Virus record (IMG/VR): IMGVR_UViG_3300037475_000122
Coordinates: 1 to 64,000 of that record
Direction: 5' to 3' (one strand)
From: a virus
Length of the DNA stretch: 64,000 nucleotides
Shown in pieces: positions 17,124-26,181 of the stretch (its first letter is position 1; each line of letters starts with the position of its first letter). The notes under the pieces are model-generated. The model did no database searches. It was not told where the DNA came from and saw nothing but the letters and a program-made list of their open reading frames with translations. The position numbers were made by a program, and so were the translations under genes.

Positions 17124-17858
17124 ATGAAACGCTTCCTCGCCATCCTCTCCCTTCTCCTCCTCACGGGTTGCAGTTCCCTCATCCCGAAGCCCGTTGAGTT
17201 TTTTCAGGACAAGGTCCACAAGATGCCGACTCAAAAGGCGTCCGAGAAGGAGACGCAGCGGCAGGCCGCGCAGCGAGCAGCGGAAAAGGCCCGGCAAGTG
17301 TTGGACGCCGCCCTGATTGAGGATGCATCCACTGCCGTGGTCAACCCGGCGAAAGAGGTCACTCAGTTGACAGATTCAGTCTCCCGCAGCCTCGGCCCGC
17401 CGGTCTCTCCGTCGTCCCTAACCTCCGAGGACTTGTCTCGAAAGCTCGACAAGGCAATCGCGAAGCTGAATCAGCGCCTCGACGAATTCAAAGCGGACAA
17501 CGACGAGAACGCCGGGAAGAAAATCGAAGGCTCCGGGGCCTTCAGTGTCCCTTACTTTTTCTACATCGCGATTATCGGATTCGTCGTCTTCGTAATTTTT
17601 CTCGTGCTGAAGACGTTCGTTCATGTGGCGGCTGCGGGCAACCCCGCTGTCGGAATGGGTCTTCAGGCCGTCCAACTCGGAGGCCGAGGCGTTGCCGCGC
17701 TGGCTAAAGAAGTGATTCACGGCGGCGAAATTTTCAAAGAAAAAATCGCGGCGGAGATGCCGGAATTCCGCGAGAAGATTGAGGCGCTGTTCTCTTCCGC
17801 GCACAAGGAAGCGCAGTCCCCGGATACTCAGGCGGCGGTTAAGAAACTCCTTTCATAA
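17124..17858 (+). CDS. Lipoprotein with internal TM helix (spanin candidate)
   Basis: MKRFLAILSLLLLTG-C lipobox, coiled coil, TM FFYIAIIGFVVFVIFLVL. Confidence 0.65.
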   Translation: MKRFLAILSLLLLTGCSSLIPKPVEFFQDKVHKMPTQKASEKETQRQAAQRAAEKARQVLDAALIEDASTAVVNPAKEVTQLTDSVSRSLGPPVSPSSLTSEDLSRKLDKAIAKLNQRLDEFKADNDENAGKKIEGSGAFSVPYFFYIAIIGFVVFVIFLVLKTFVHVAAAGNPAVGMGLQAVQLGGRGVAALAKEVIHGGEIFKEKIAAEMPEFREKIEALFSSAHKEAQSPDTQAAVKKLLS

Positions 17859-17859
17859 T

Positions 17860-19002
17860 ATGTCTTGCTCCTCTTGTAACGGTGCGAACCAAGCCGAGTG
17901 CGAGCGCAATTGCTGCGCGGGCGGTCGGAACAATGGGTCCATTCAGGGCTGCACCCCCTGCCAAACGTGTCCCCCGGCGAGCGCCGATTGCGAATCGCTC
18001 CCGAGCGCGTTGGAGAATTTCACCCAGCAGTTTTTCGGCGAGGTTCAGAAGACCGTGGTCAACGGCGTGGTGACGTGGACGCTGCCCTGCAATCTCGGCG
18101 TTGGTCTCCCCGGCAACCCTCGCGCGAATCAGGAGGGTTTGGCCTGCTACTTCCTCCGGCTCTTCCGTGACGGAATCATCGGACTCACCGGCCCCAAAGG
18201 CGACACGGGCGACGCAGGCGCGGACGGCCACAATGCCTACACCCAGACGACTACGGCGTTCACCGCGCCCACGGTTGGCACCCCGCTCGTCGAGTTCAAC
18301 GTCATCCCCGGCCCGCTGCTCTCCGTCGGCCAAACGATTTTCATCCCGCGTATCGGCTGGCTGGAAATCACCAACATTTTTCAGAACACGACGGTCTTTG
18401 CGTCGCTGCTTCAACTCGTCTCGAATCCCATCGCCACGTCCCCGCCCGGCGCATTGGTTTTGCCTACGGGTCCACGCGGTCTGCCCATCAAAGGCGACAC
18501 GGGTCCGCAAGGTGCGAAGGGCGACACGGGCGCAACGGGCGCAACCGGGGCAACGGGCGCAACGGGCGCAACGGGCGCAACCGGCCCGGCGGGTGCCACG
18601 GCTACGAACGCGAACGCGGAAGTCGTCGGAGGCGCGACGGATTACACGATGACGGCGGTTTACGCCAAGGTCGATTTCGGCGCGGCGGACCTCGAAGTGA
18701 CGCTCCCCACGGCGGGAAAATATCTCCTCCTCGTCAACATCTCCGGCGTGAACAACTCCGGCGCGACGCGCGAGTGGGACTTCAAACTTTTTGACAACAC
18801 GGCTGCGACTGACGTGCCGAACAGCGAGGTCCCTCGCTCCGTGGTCGTCAGCACTCTCGCGACTCAGGTGACCCTGATGTCGATTTACAACGCCCCGGTG
18901 GACAACACACTGATTCAAGTCTTCGCGGCAACGAGCAACGCAACGGCGACTCAAACGCTTTTCTATACGTGGTCAAAAATCATTTACATCAAGCTTCAGT
19001 AA
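17860..19002 (+). CDS. Collagen-like tail/head fibre protein
   Basis: Cys-rich N-terminus, two Gly-X-Y tracts including (GAT)6, C-terminal beta-sandwich. Confidence 0.8.
   Translation: MSCSSCNGANQAECERNCCAGGRNNGSIQGCTPCQTCPPASADCESLPSALENFTQQFFGEVQKTVVNGVVTWTLPCNLGVGLPGNPRANQEGLACYFLRLFRDGIIGLTGPKGDTGDAGADGHNAYTQTTTAFTAPTVGTPLVEFNVIPGPLLSVGQTIFIPRIGWLEITNIFQNTTVFASLLQLVSNPIATSPPGALVLPTGPRGLPIKGDTGPQGAKGDTGATGATGATGATGATGATGPAGATATNANAEVVGGATDYTMTAVYAKVDFGAADLEVTLPTAGKYLLLVNISGVNNSGATREWDFKLFDNTAATDVPNSEVPRSVVVSTLATQVTLMSIYNAPVDNTLIQVFAATSNATATQTLFYTWSKIIYIKLQ
18529..18582 (+). repeat. 9-bp tandem repeat (GGCGCAACG)x6 encoding (Gly-Ala-Thr)6
   Basis: Seen directly; units are near-identical. 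Confidence 0.9.
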
Positions 19003-19208
19003 GCACCCGGCCTCTAATCAAGGACACTGAGGGTGACTTCTCCGGGCGTTGTCGAAAGCGCGTCGGAATTCGGGACCTCGACAAGATTCACCGAACCTTG
19101 CCGGAGTTCCAGACTGAGAACGATGACGAGGAAGTCTTGCAGGACGAGGACGGCCTCGCGATTCTCGACGAACAGACGGCCGGATACATTTACGACAACC
19201 TTCGATAA
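18999..19208 (+). CDS. Small acidic protein with LQDEDGLAILDE motif; start uncertain
   Basis: Fills the gap before the next fibre gene; no ATG. Start is either GTG 18969 or GTA at 18999 overlapping the upstream TAA. Confidence 0.5.
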   Translation, partial: VSTRPLIKDTEGDFSGRCRKRVGIRDLDKIHRTLPEFQTENDDEEVLQDEDGLAILDEQTAGYIYDNLR

Positions 19209-19211
19209 TTT

Positions 19212-20384
19212 ATGGCAAAAGTTTCTGATTACCCGGAAGAGCTAGGCGCAAACCCCGAGGGGTTTTTGTTCATGGCTGTTCGGCAACCGGACGGCAAGTT
19301 CAAGACGAAGAAAATCGCGCCTGACCGCGTGGGCGCGCAAGGCCCGGTCGGTCCCGGCGGCGCAACTGGCCCCACGGGTGCGACGGGCGGAGTTGGCCCG
19401 GCCGGTCCTGCCGGTCCCGCAGGCCCTACCGGCGCGACGGGCTCTCAGGGTCCCGCAGGCACGAACGGCACCAACGGAACGAACGGCACCAACGGCACCA
19501 ACGGAACGAACGGCACGAACGCGACGGTCGTCGGCGAGATTCAAAACTACGACGGCATCGTGTATGAGAATTTCGATGACTACTCCGCTGGCGCAATCGC
19601 CACTCTCGACAAGGGCCTCGGCTGGGATGACAACGGCATTTGCACCGGCGCGACCATCGTGACGAAGACCAAGGCCGGGAATGGGACGTCTCCCACGGAG
19701 AAGCGATTGTCCATCGACAACGGGGAGTATATCCGGAAAATGCCATGGGGCGACGGATGGAATCGCCTGCAAATTTTCATTCAGTTCCGCGTGGGCAGCG
19801 TGGCCGCAGCGTTCACGGGCCTCGGGTATCTCGGCATCTGTTCCGGGCAGACCAACACGGCCGGGACCGCAGCGACGGACAATTTCGTCGGCCTCGTTTT
19901 CAACAAGGGGGTCAACGGCTGGACATTTGCAAACGGCACCCGCGTGGACTACACGGGATTTGCGTCGGGTCAAACTTTCATTACTCGCCGGGGCAACACC
20001 GATTCGAGTTGGGGCGGCACCGCCGGGTCCGACGGGCGCAAGTATTCCGTCACCGAGGGCTACACGTCCATTCTGATGCTGGACCTACAGCGCCCGGTTT
20101 TTGCGAACGACGCTTCGTCCGTGAATTACGACGGCTCCGTCCGCAGCACCGATTTGACTCACGTCGAATTTTCTTCGGCGAAGACGGCCCTTTGGAACTT
20201 GCTCCACAATGACGACCTCGTTACCAGCGGTGCGGCGGTTCGCGTCATCGGAAGCGGCGTGGAAACCCCTCCGTCGGTCGCGTTCGACCAATCGACGGGC
20301 AAGCTCGATACACTGAACTTCGTCTGGCCCGTGGCCGGGAAGCAGTTTGAAATCGCCGCCATCGGCGTCCACAAACTCTATTGA
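19212..20384 (+). CDS. Collagen-like tail fibre protein
   Basis: MAKVSDYP N-terminal motif, Gly-X-Y tract with (GTN)7, C-terminal beta domain. Confidence 0.8.
   Translation: MAKVSDYPEELGANPEGFLFMAVRQPDGKFKTKKIAPDRVGAQGPVGPGGATGPTGATGGVGPAGPAGPAGPTGATGSQGPAGTNGTNGTNGTNGTNGTNGTNATVVGEIQNYDGIVYENFDDYSAGAIATLDKGLGWDDNGICTGATIVTKTKAGNGTSPTEKRLSIDNGEYIRKMPWGDGWNRLQIFIQFRVGSVAAAFTGLGYLGICSGQTNTAGTAATDNFVGLVFNKGVNGWTFANGTRVDYTGFASGQTFITRRGNTDSSWGGTAGSDGRKYSVTEGYTSILMLDLQRPVFANDASSVNYDGSVRSTDLTHVEFSSAKTALWNLLHNDDLVTSGAAVRVIGSGVETPPSVAFDQSTGKLDTLNFVWPVAGKQFEIAAIGVHKLY
19458..19520 (+). repeat. 9-bp tandem repeat encoding (Gly-Thr-Asn)7
   Basis: GGMACSAAC units seen directly. Confidence 0.9.
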
Positions 20385-20409
20385 CTCGGACCCCCGTTTT
20401 TACAACCTT
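20381..20409 (+). promoter_or_regulatory. Putative late promoter, leaderless
   Basis: TTGAC-N18-AACCTT-N5-ATG(20415). Confidence 0.72.
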
Positions 20410-20414
20410 ATTCT

Positions 20415-20744
20415 ATGGCTGCATACCCTATCGACCTCGGACGGAAGTCCGGCCCCTTCCCCACCGAAGCCGTCAACCCGACGGAAAAGCACTATCCGAC
20501 GTTGTATCTCGACGACATCGGCAGCGAAATGGATTTGCCGGACGACGGGCTGATGACCGTGCGCTTCCACAAGACTTCCGAAACCACGACCGACCGCGAA
20601 GGAAAGAAAACGCAGTGCGTGTGCATCGAGGTCCAAGAGATTGTCAAAGTCAAGGGCGAAGCGCCGAAGGAGGACGAGAAGTCCCCGGGCGAAGTGCTTG
20701 ACGAACTGCTCGCGGAGAAACAGAAAGAGGGAGAGGATTACTGA
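20415..20744 (+). CDS. Hypothetical acidic protein
   Basis: First gene of the tail operon. Confidence 0.7.
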   Translation: MAAYPIDLGRKSGPFPTEAVNPTEKHYPTLYLDDIGSEMDLPDDGLMTVRFHKTSETTTDREGKKTQCVCIEVQEIVKVKGEAPKEDEKSPGEVLDELLAEKQKEGEDY

Positions 20745-21691
20745 TGCTCCTCGTTTCCGAAATTTGGGAAGACGCAATGGAGATTTTCGGCCATTGCAAC
20801 GAGACGAAATTGCTGCGTTGGATTACTGACGCGGTGCAATTCCTCGCGAACAAGGGCGAGGTGGACCCGCTCATCGGTTACGTTGACCTCTGCGTCTCGG
20901 GTCGCTGCGTCACTCTCCCCCGTGAAGTTGAGACCATTCTGAGTCTCAATATAGACGGCTCTCCCGCGCGCGGGCGGGATGAACTTTTCTCGTTCCACTT
21001 GAACGGCCCCGGCGAACGTCGGCAGTCCTGCAACTACACTTGGGACAACAGCGGCACCTTTTTCACCTATCGGGATTTGCAGTGTCCGGCGCGACTTGTC
21101 GCTTTCGTCGAACGCCAAGAGGACGCGGGCGTGATGCTGCGCGTGTTCGGCTACGACGACCAAAACCGACCCTTGCGGACGAACGCCAACGGGGTCTGGA
21201 CTGACGGCCTTCTCGTCCCGACGATTTACGGCTACGCGCTCCCCGCCTCGACGGACCCCTTCGTCTCCCGCATCACGGGAATCGTCAAGGGCCAGTCTGT
21301 CGCCAACATCCGCTTGTCCAGCTTCGACAACGCGACTTCCTCGGGCACCCTCCTCGGCATTTTCGAGCCCGACGAACTGAAGCCGGAATATCGTCGCATC
21401 CGGCTCAATCGCGACTGCCCGTGGATTCGCATCTGCTACCGTCGCCGGACGCTCGACTTGATTTCCCAGAACGACCGCATCCTTCTGCATTCCCGGATTG
21501 CGCTGATTCTGGCGATGCAGGCGTTGAAGAAATATCGGGAAATCGACCTCGTCGCGGCGACTCAACTCGAAGCGCACGCAGTTCGACTTTTGACGGAGCG
21601 AGAGAACGTCCTCACCGCGCCCATCAACAGCCCGATTCAGGTCGAGGACCACAACAGTATCAAGGTCCACGAGTGTGAGGATGTTGACTAA
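20744..21691 (+). CDS. Putative head-tail adaptor / tail tubular protein
   Basis: Position and helix-beta-helix layout; positional inference. Confidence 0.55.
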   Translation: MLLVSEIWEDAMEIFGHCNETKLLRWITDAVQFLANKGEVDPLIGYVDLCVSGRCVTLPREVETILSLNIDGSPARGRDELFSFHLNGPGERRQSCNYTWDNSGTFFTYRDLQCPARLVAFVERQEDAGVMLRVFGYDDQNRPLRTNANGVWTDGLLVPTIYGYALPASTDPFVSRITGIVKGQSVANIRLSSFDNATSSGTLLGIFEPDELKPEYRRIRLNRDCPWIRICYRRRTLDLISQNDRILLHSRIALILAMQALKKYREIDLVAATQLEAHAVRLLTERENVLTAPINSPIQVEDHNSIKVHECEDVD

Positions 21692-23664
21692 TGTCCAACA
21701 AGATTCAAGACGGCGACCTTCTGTTCCCGCTGGGGGTCGATTCCGGCACAGACCCCACGGGGCTGGCCCCGGGCTTCTACTCGCGCGGGATGAACGTAGT
21801 CAATCGCGGCGGCATCATCCAGTGTCGCCCGGGCTATCGCTGTCTGCTCGTCCTTCCTGAGGGCGAACTTCAGGGATTCGCCACGCTCCGGCCGAAACGC
21901 GGCCCCGAGACGTTGGTCTTCGCCGTCGCCGGGAAAATTTACACGAGCCAGTATCCGTTTGACACGGCCACGCAGCTTCAGGGGGTCGAATTTTCTACCA
22001 CGGCGGAGCAGATTTTTTTCAAGCAGGTCGAGCAAGTCGTCACGAACAATCCGGACGGCTCGATTTCGTTCACCAACCCGAAGAACATCCTCATCATTCA
22101 GGACGGCGGATTCACTGCCCCGGCCGTCTATGATGGCACGCGCGCGACGCATCAGCGCGGGCAGGGCTCGATTCCCCTCGGCGGCGTGATGGAATGGGTT
22201 GGCGACCGCTTGTGGGTTTCTCGCGGCCCGAACCTCTACGCGTCCGACATCGGCAACCCGGTCTCGTTCACCGAGTCAACTTACATCGCGGGCTCCCTCG
22301 GCTTTTTCACCTTCCCGCAGGACATCACGGCGCTTCACAAAACGCTGACGGTGGACTTCGCGCAGTTGCTCGTTTACTCTCGCACGACGACTCAGGTGAT
22401 TCAGGCTAGCATCCGGGACCGCACGCTCTGGGCGACGACTCCCAACTTCCAGAAGGAAATTTTCCCCAACATCGGCTGCGTTGCCCCGCGCTCCGTCGTC
22501 GCGCATTACGGTCTCCTCTGGTGGTTCTCCGAGCACGGCCTCGTGTCCCTCGACGCCGCCGCCACGGGATACATCTCGTCTTCGCTGCCCTACCAAGACA
22601 GTCAGATGCAGGAGAGCAAGGGCCGCTTGTCGCAGCACCTCACCGGCATCGCGTGCGCCAGCTACGAGAACTATTTGCTCGTCAGCGTGCCCTACGCGGA
22701 CAAGTTCAATCGTCATACGTGGTGCCTTGACAACACGGTCAACCCCGGGGAAGCGCAGCGCAAACCGTCGTGGAATAGTTTCTGGACCGGGACGCGCCCC
22801 GTGGAGTGGATTGTCGGCGAGTTTGAGGGCGAGACCCGCGCGCTCTATTTGTCGAAGGACTACGACGGCCAAAATCGTTTGTGGGAAGCGTTCATGCCCG
22901 ACCGGCTCGACAACAACTGCCCGATTACTTGGTGGGCCGAGTCTCGCGCCTACCCGTTCAACGCGCCGGGCAAGTTCAAGGATTTTCGATACGCGGACGT
23001 GTTCCTCACAGAGCTTTCCGGCACCGTGGACGTCGCGGTTTTTTGGGCGGGCTCGCATCGCGGAAAATATAAGCGCATCATGACGAAGCGCATTTTCGCG
23101 AACACGGCGACCTTTGCGGCCGGGCACACGATTGACGCCGAGGAAGTCCTCACGTCACTCAAAAAGCAATCTCGATACACGCGCACGCAGGATGCGAAGG
23201 CCCTGACGCCTCAGGAGACTTTGTCCTCGTGCGACGTTGAGTCCGACCGGCTCGACTTCCATGATGAAAGTTTTCAAGTGCTAGTTGTGGGCTCCGGCCC
23301 CGGCGCGATTCGCGGAATCGTCGGCTACGCTGACCCGCAGGTCAACGAGGATGACTCCGGCCGCTGTGAGAAGGACGAGACCGAAGACAATTTTGTGCGC
23401 TTCGACGGCGGGGCCTCAACGAAGTCGTCGCTCGAAGCCGCGCTCGCAGAATTTGCGAACACGATTCCGGTCTTCAAGTCCACGAAAACGGTCTCGCTCA
23501 CTCAGGACGGATACACGGAAATCGGCGTCGGCACTGGACAGAGCATCGTGTCCCAACAGGACGCGGACAAGATTGCCACGGCGATGGCGAACCGGCTCGC
23601 GTCTGAGGCGCTGAAGCTTGTCTTGCCGGACATCATCAATCTTGGAGAGACGGCCAACCAATGA
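21691..23664 (+). CDS. Putative tail nozzle / packaged-DNA stabilisation protein
   Basis: 657 aa, beta-propeller-like (DRLWV..LYASDIG, IGCVAPRSV); C-terminal SIVSQQDADKIA (DUF5977-like). Confidence 0.65.
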   Translation: MSNKIQDGDLLFPLGVDSGTDPTGLAPGFYSRGMNVVNRGGIIQCRPGYRCLLVLPEGELQGFATLRPKRGPETLVFAVAGKIYTSQYPFDTATQLQGVEFSTTAEQIFFKQVEQVVTNNPDGSISFTNPKNILIIQDGGFTAPAVYDGTRATHQRGQGSIPLGGVMEWVGDRLWVSRGPNLYASDIGNPVSFTESTYIAGSLGFFTFPQDITALHKTLTVDFAQLLVYSRTTTQVIQASIRDRTLWATTPNFQKEIFPNIGCVAPRSVVAHYGLLWWFSEHGLVSLDAAATGYISSSLPYQDSQMQESKGRLSQHLTGIACASYENYLLVSVPYADKFNRHTWCLDNTVNPGEAQRKPSWNSFWTGTRPVEWIVGEFEGETRALYLSKDYDGQNRLWEAFMPDRLDNNCPITWWAESRAYPFNAPGKFKDFRYADVFLTELSGTVDVAVFWAGSHRGKYKRIMTKRIFANTATFAAGHTIDAEEVLTSLKKQSRYTRTQDAKALTPQETLSSCDVESDRLDFHDESFQVLVVGSGPGAIRGIVGYADPQVNEDDSGRCEKDETEDNFVRFDGGASTKSSLEAALAEFANTIPVFKSTKTVSLTQDGYTEIGVGTGQSIVSQQDADKIATAMANRLASEALKLVLPDIINLGETANQ

Positions 23665-24068
23665 ACAATTTCGACTCCATCCGGGCCATCACCCGCCGCC
23701 ATTTTTGGGACGACTACCGCTCGCCTCTCACCTGCGTCGTGATTCCGTCCGCCTCGGGCTCCGGCTCCGGGGAGACCATCGACATCGGCATCACGCCGGT
23801 CTTTCAGGGGGTCGGCCCGGACCTCACCGCCGTGGCGGCTGGGGGCTCTATTACGTTATCGTGGTCGCAGACCCCCAAGGCTTACGCTTACGTGATTTAT
23901 CGCGCAAACGTTGCAGGCGGTCCTTTCACCATCCTCTTGGCCGGTCTCGTCGCACGTTCCTACGTTGACATTCCGGCGATTTCGGGAACCTATTACTATC
24001 GGGTTACAGCTATCGAGCCGGACTTCGGTGAGACCCTTGCCTCGAATACTGCATCCGCCACTGTTTAA
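23661..24068 (+). CDS. FN3-like virion protein
   Basis: ITLSW...YVIYR...YVD...TYYYRVTA. Confidence 0.7.
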   Translation: MNNFDSIRAITRRHFWDDYRSPLTCVVIPSASGSGSGETIDIGITPVFQGVGPDLTAVAAGGSITLSWSQTPKAYAYVIYRANVAGGPFTILLAGLVARSYVDIPAISGTYYYRVTAIEPDFGETLASNTASATV

Positions 24069-24073
24069 ACGTC

Positions 24074-25141
24074 ATGGCCAATCTGTTCAAGACCAATCTG
24101 AAAATCACGGCGGCTCAGCTTCCGCCCGACTTCTCCGGCACCCCGGCCGAGTTCCTGCGGGCCATCGTTGAACGGCTGGACATTTTCTCCCCTGTCGGCA
24201 CCAATTTCTTCGTCGTTGGCGACGTGGAACCCCCTACTAATCAAGGACCTTGGTTGAAGGACGGCAAGACGTGGTATGTCTTCGACGAGGACGAGGGGAA
24301 ATACGTCCCGGCCGACATCTCCGATTCGACGCTGACTCTCTTCACGGTCTCCGACGCTGAGCCCGAGCCCCCGGTTGCCGGGGAGGACGCTCTCATCTGG
24401 CTTCGGACCAAAAGCAACCGCGTCCTCGGCTGGTATTTCTGGGATGGCGAAGAGTGGCGACCCGAGGGCCATACACCCCCGAGCGGCCCCACGGCTGACC
24501 GCCCTTCGGACCCCGGCGACCTCGAACAGTTTTTCGACACGACCTGCGGGTGCCTGATTCATTGGGAGCGCGGCGCGTGGCGGACGGTCTCCGGCACTCC
24601 GGGCGACGTCAAGTTTGTGACGGCTCCGCTTTTGGCGGACGCCATCGCGTTCAACCCCGGCTGGGAATACCTCGGGGAGAACAGCCAAGATTTTCGCGGC
24701 AAGGTCCTCGGCGTGGCGACGAAAGACCCCGGGGCGACTCCGGCGATTTCGTATTCGACGGCGTCCGGCATCACGGCACGCGCGCAAGGTTCGCTCGCGG
24801 GCGCGGAAACGGTCGTCCTCGCGGACCTCGACATTCCGCAGCATTCCCACTTGGTTGGCGCGGTGAACGCACTCGGCAACAACCACAACGCAAACTTTTA
24901 TCGGGTTGACAACAACCAAGCCTTCGTCGCTCCCGGCTCCGGCCCGCCCAATTACGAGAAGACGACCGGAGCGAATTTCGACTCCGCGTCCGGCGCTCTC
25001 CCGGCGGCAACTGACGGCTGCGCGTTGGTGACTTCGACGCAGCTTGCCAAGGCCATCGCACCGTCGCCTTACACGTCCGATGCCGCCGCGCATCAGAACA
25101 TGCAGCCCACGGTTTTCCTCTGGGCGCTCCAAAAAGTTTAA
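24074..25141 (+). CDS. Putative short tail fibre / tail collar-type protein
   Basis: GDVKF...GW...FRGKVL, GAETVVL..IPQHSH, HQNMQPTV motifs. Confidence 0.65.
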   Translation: MANLFKTNLKITAAQLPPDFSGTPAEFLRAIVERLDIFSPVGTNFFVVGDVEPPTNQGPWLKDGKTWYVFDEDEGKYVPADISDSTLTLFTVSDAEPEPPVAGEDALIWLRTKSNRVLGWYFWDGEEWRPEGHTPPSGPTADRPSDPGDLEQFFDTTCGCLIHWERGAWRTVSGTPGDVKFVTAPLLADAIAFNPGWEYLGENSQDFRGKVLGVATKDPGATPAISYSTASGITARAQGSLAGAETVVLADLDIPQHSHLVGAVNALGNNHNANFYRVDNNQAFVAPGSGPPNYEKTTGANFDSASGALPAATDGCALVTSTQLAKAIAPSPYTSDAAAHQNMQPTVFLWALQKV

Positions 25142-25737
25142 TGAACCGGCTCCCGTTCATCGTTGTTGACGATTTCGTCGCGGACCCTGTCGCGGCGGCG
25201 GCAACTTTGCGCGCAGCGGACTTTGCAGACCGCAAAGGGCCGGACGGTGAAGTTTACAAACGCGTCGCTCCTCTTCCGCAGGAATTGTTCAAGGCGGAAA
25301 TTGAAAAGGCCCTCGGGTTTGCCATCCGTCCCAACTACTCGATTGCCCGGCTGAACTACGCGGGCGAGAATCCGAACAACGCGGTCCATGCCGACAGCGG
25401 CTATGATGAGTTTGCGTGCATCGTCTATCTGACCGAAGACAAGTTTTGCAGCGGCGGGACGGCGTTCTGGAAGCACAAGATTCTCGGCTTCGACTCGATG
25501 CCGGACGAGACTCAGGTCCGCGCCGTAGGAAAAAATCCCGGGCAGGTGATGAAGCGGCTCAGCGCGGACTGGAACAACATCAGCGCATGGACTCAAACGG
25601 CGCTCGCGGAGATGAAGTTCAACCGAGCGATTTTTTTCAAGTGCAAATCGTTTCATTCGCGGTTCCCGTTCGAGGCGTTCGGGGATAGCCCGGAAAACGG
25701 CCGTTTGATTTTCGTCAGCTTTTTCAACCGCGCATGA
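25141..25737 (+). CDS. 2OG-Fe(II) oxygenase (DUF6445-like)
   Basis: VHAD (HxD), IVYL, GGTAFW, MKFNRAIFF, FHS, RLIFVSF. Confidence 0.75.
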   Translation: MNRLPFIVVDDFVADPVAAAATLRAADFADRKGPDGEVYKRVAPLPQELFKAEIEKALGFAIRPNYSIARLNYAGENPNNAVHADSGYDEFACIVYLTEDKFCSGGTAFWKHKILGFDSMPDETQVRAVGKNPGQVMKRLSADWNNISAWTQTALAEMKFNRAIFFKCKSFHSRFPFEAFGDSPENGRLIFVSFFNRA

Positions 25738-26180
25738 CCTTTGGAAAACTAACGCCGGAAAATCTGAACCTCGTCCAAGAGATTGGCGAGAAGTTCACCG
25801 CGAGCGTCAACTATCCGGGCGGCTTCAAGTATGAGGCTTTCTCGGCCGTGTGGACCGTGCTTTTGAGTCTTGGCCTCGGCGAGATTTTCTTCGCGCACAA
25901 CGGCGAAAAGGTTGTGGGTCTGTTCGGCGGGGTTTTCAATCCGGACCCGTTCAATGGCCTAATGACGGCAGCGGAACAGTTTTGGTATGTGCTCCCCGAG
26001 GCGCGCGGGACGAAGGCGTCTTTGCGGCTCTTCGACATGTTCGAGGAAGAGGCGAAAGCCCGTCGGTGCAGTCGAATTTTGATGTTGCGTCTCGAAGGCG
26101 AATTCGCAGACATCTTGTCGCGGCTCTATGAACGCCGAGACTACAAAATGGCCGAACAAACTTTCGTAAAGGAAATTTAA
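25734..26180 (+). CDS. GNAT family acetyltransferase
   Basis: FWYVLPEARG...LYERRDY. Confidence 0.8.
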   Translation: MTFGKLTPENLNLVQEIGEKFTASVNYPGGFKYEAFSAVWTVLLSLGLGEIFFAHNGEKVVGLFGGVFNPDPFNGLMTAAEQFWYVLPEARGTKASLRLFDMFEEEAKARRCSRILMLRLEGEFADILSRLYERRDYKMAEQTFVKEI

Positions 26181-26181
26181 T

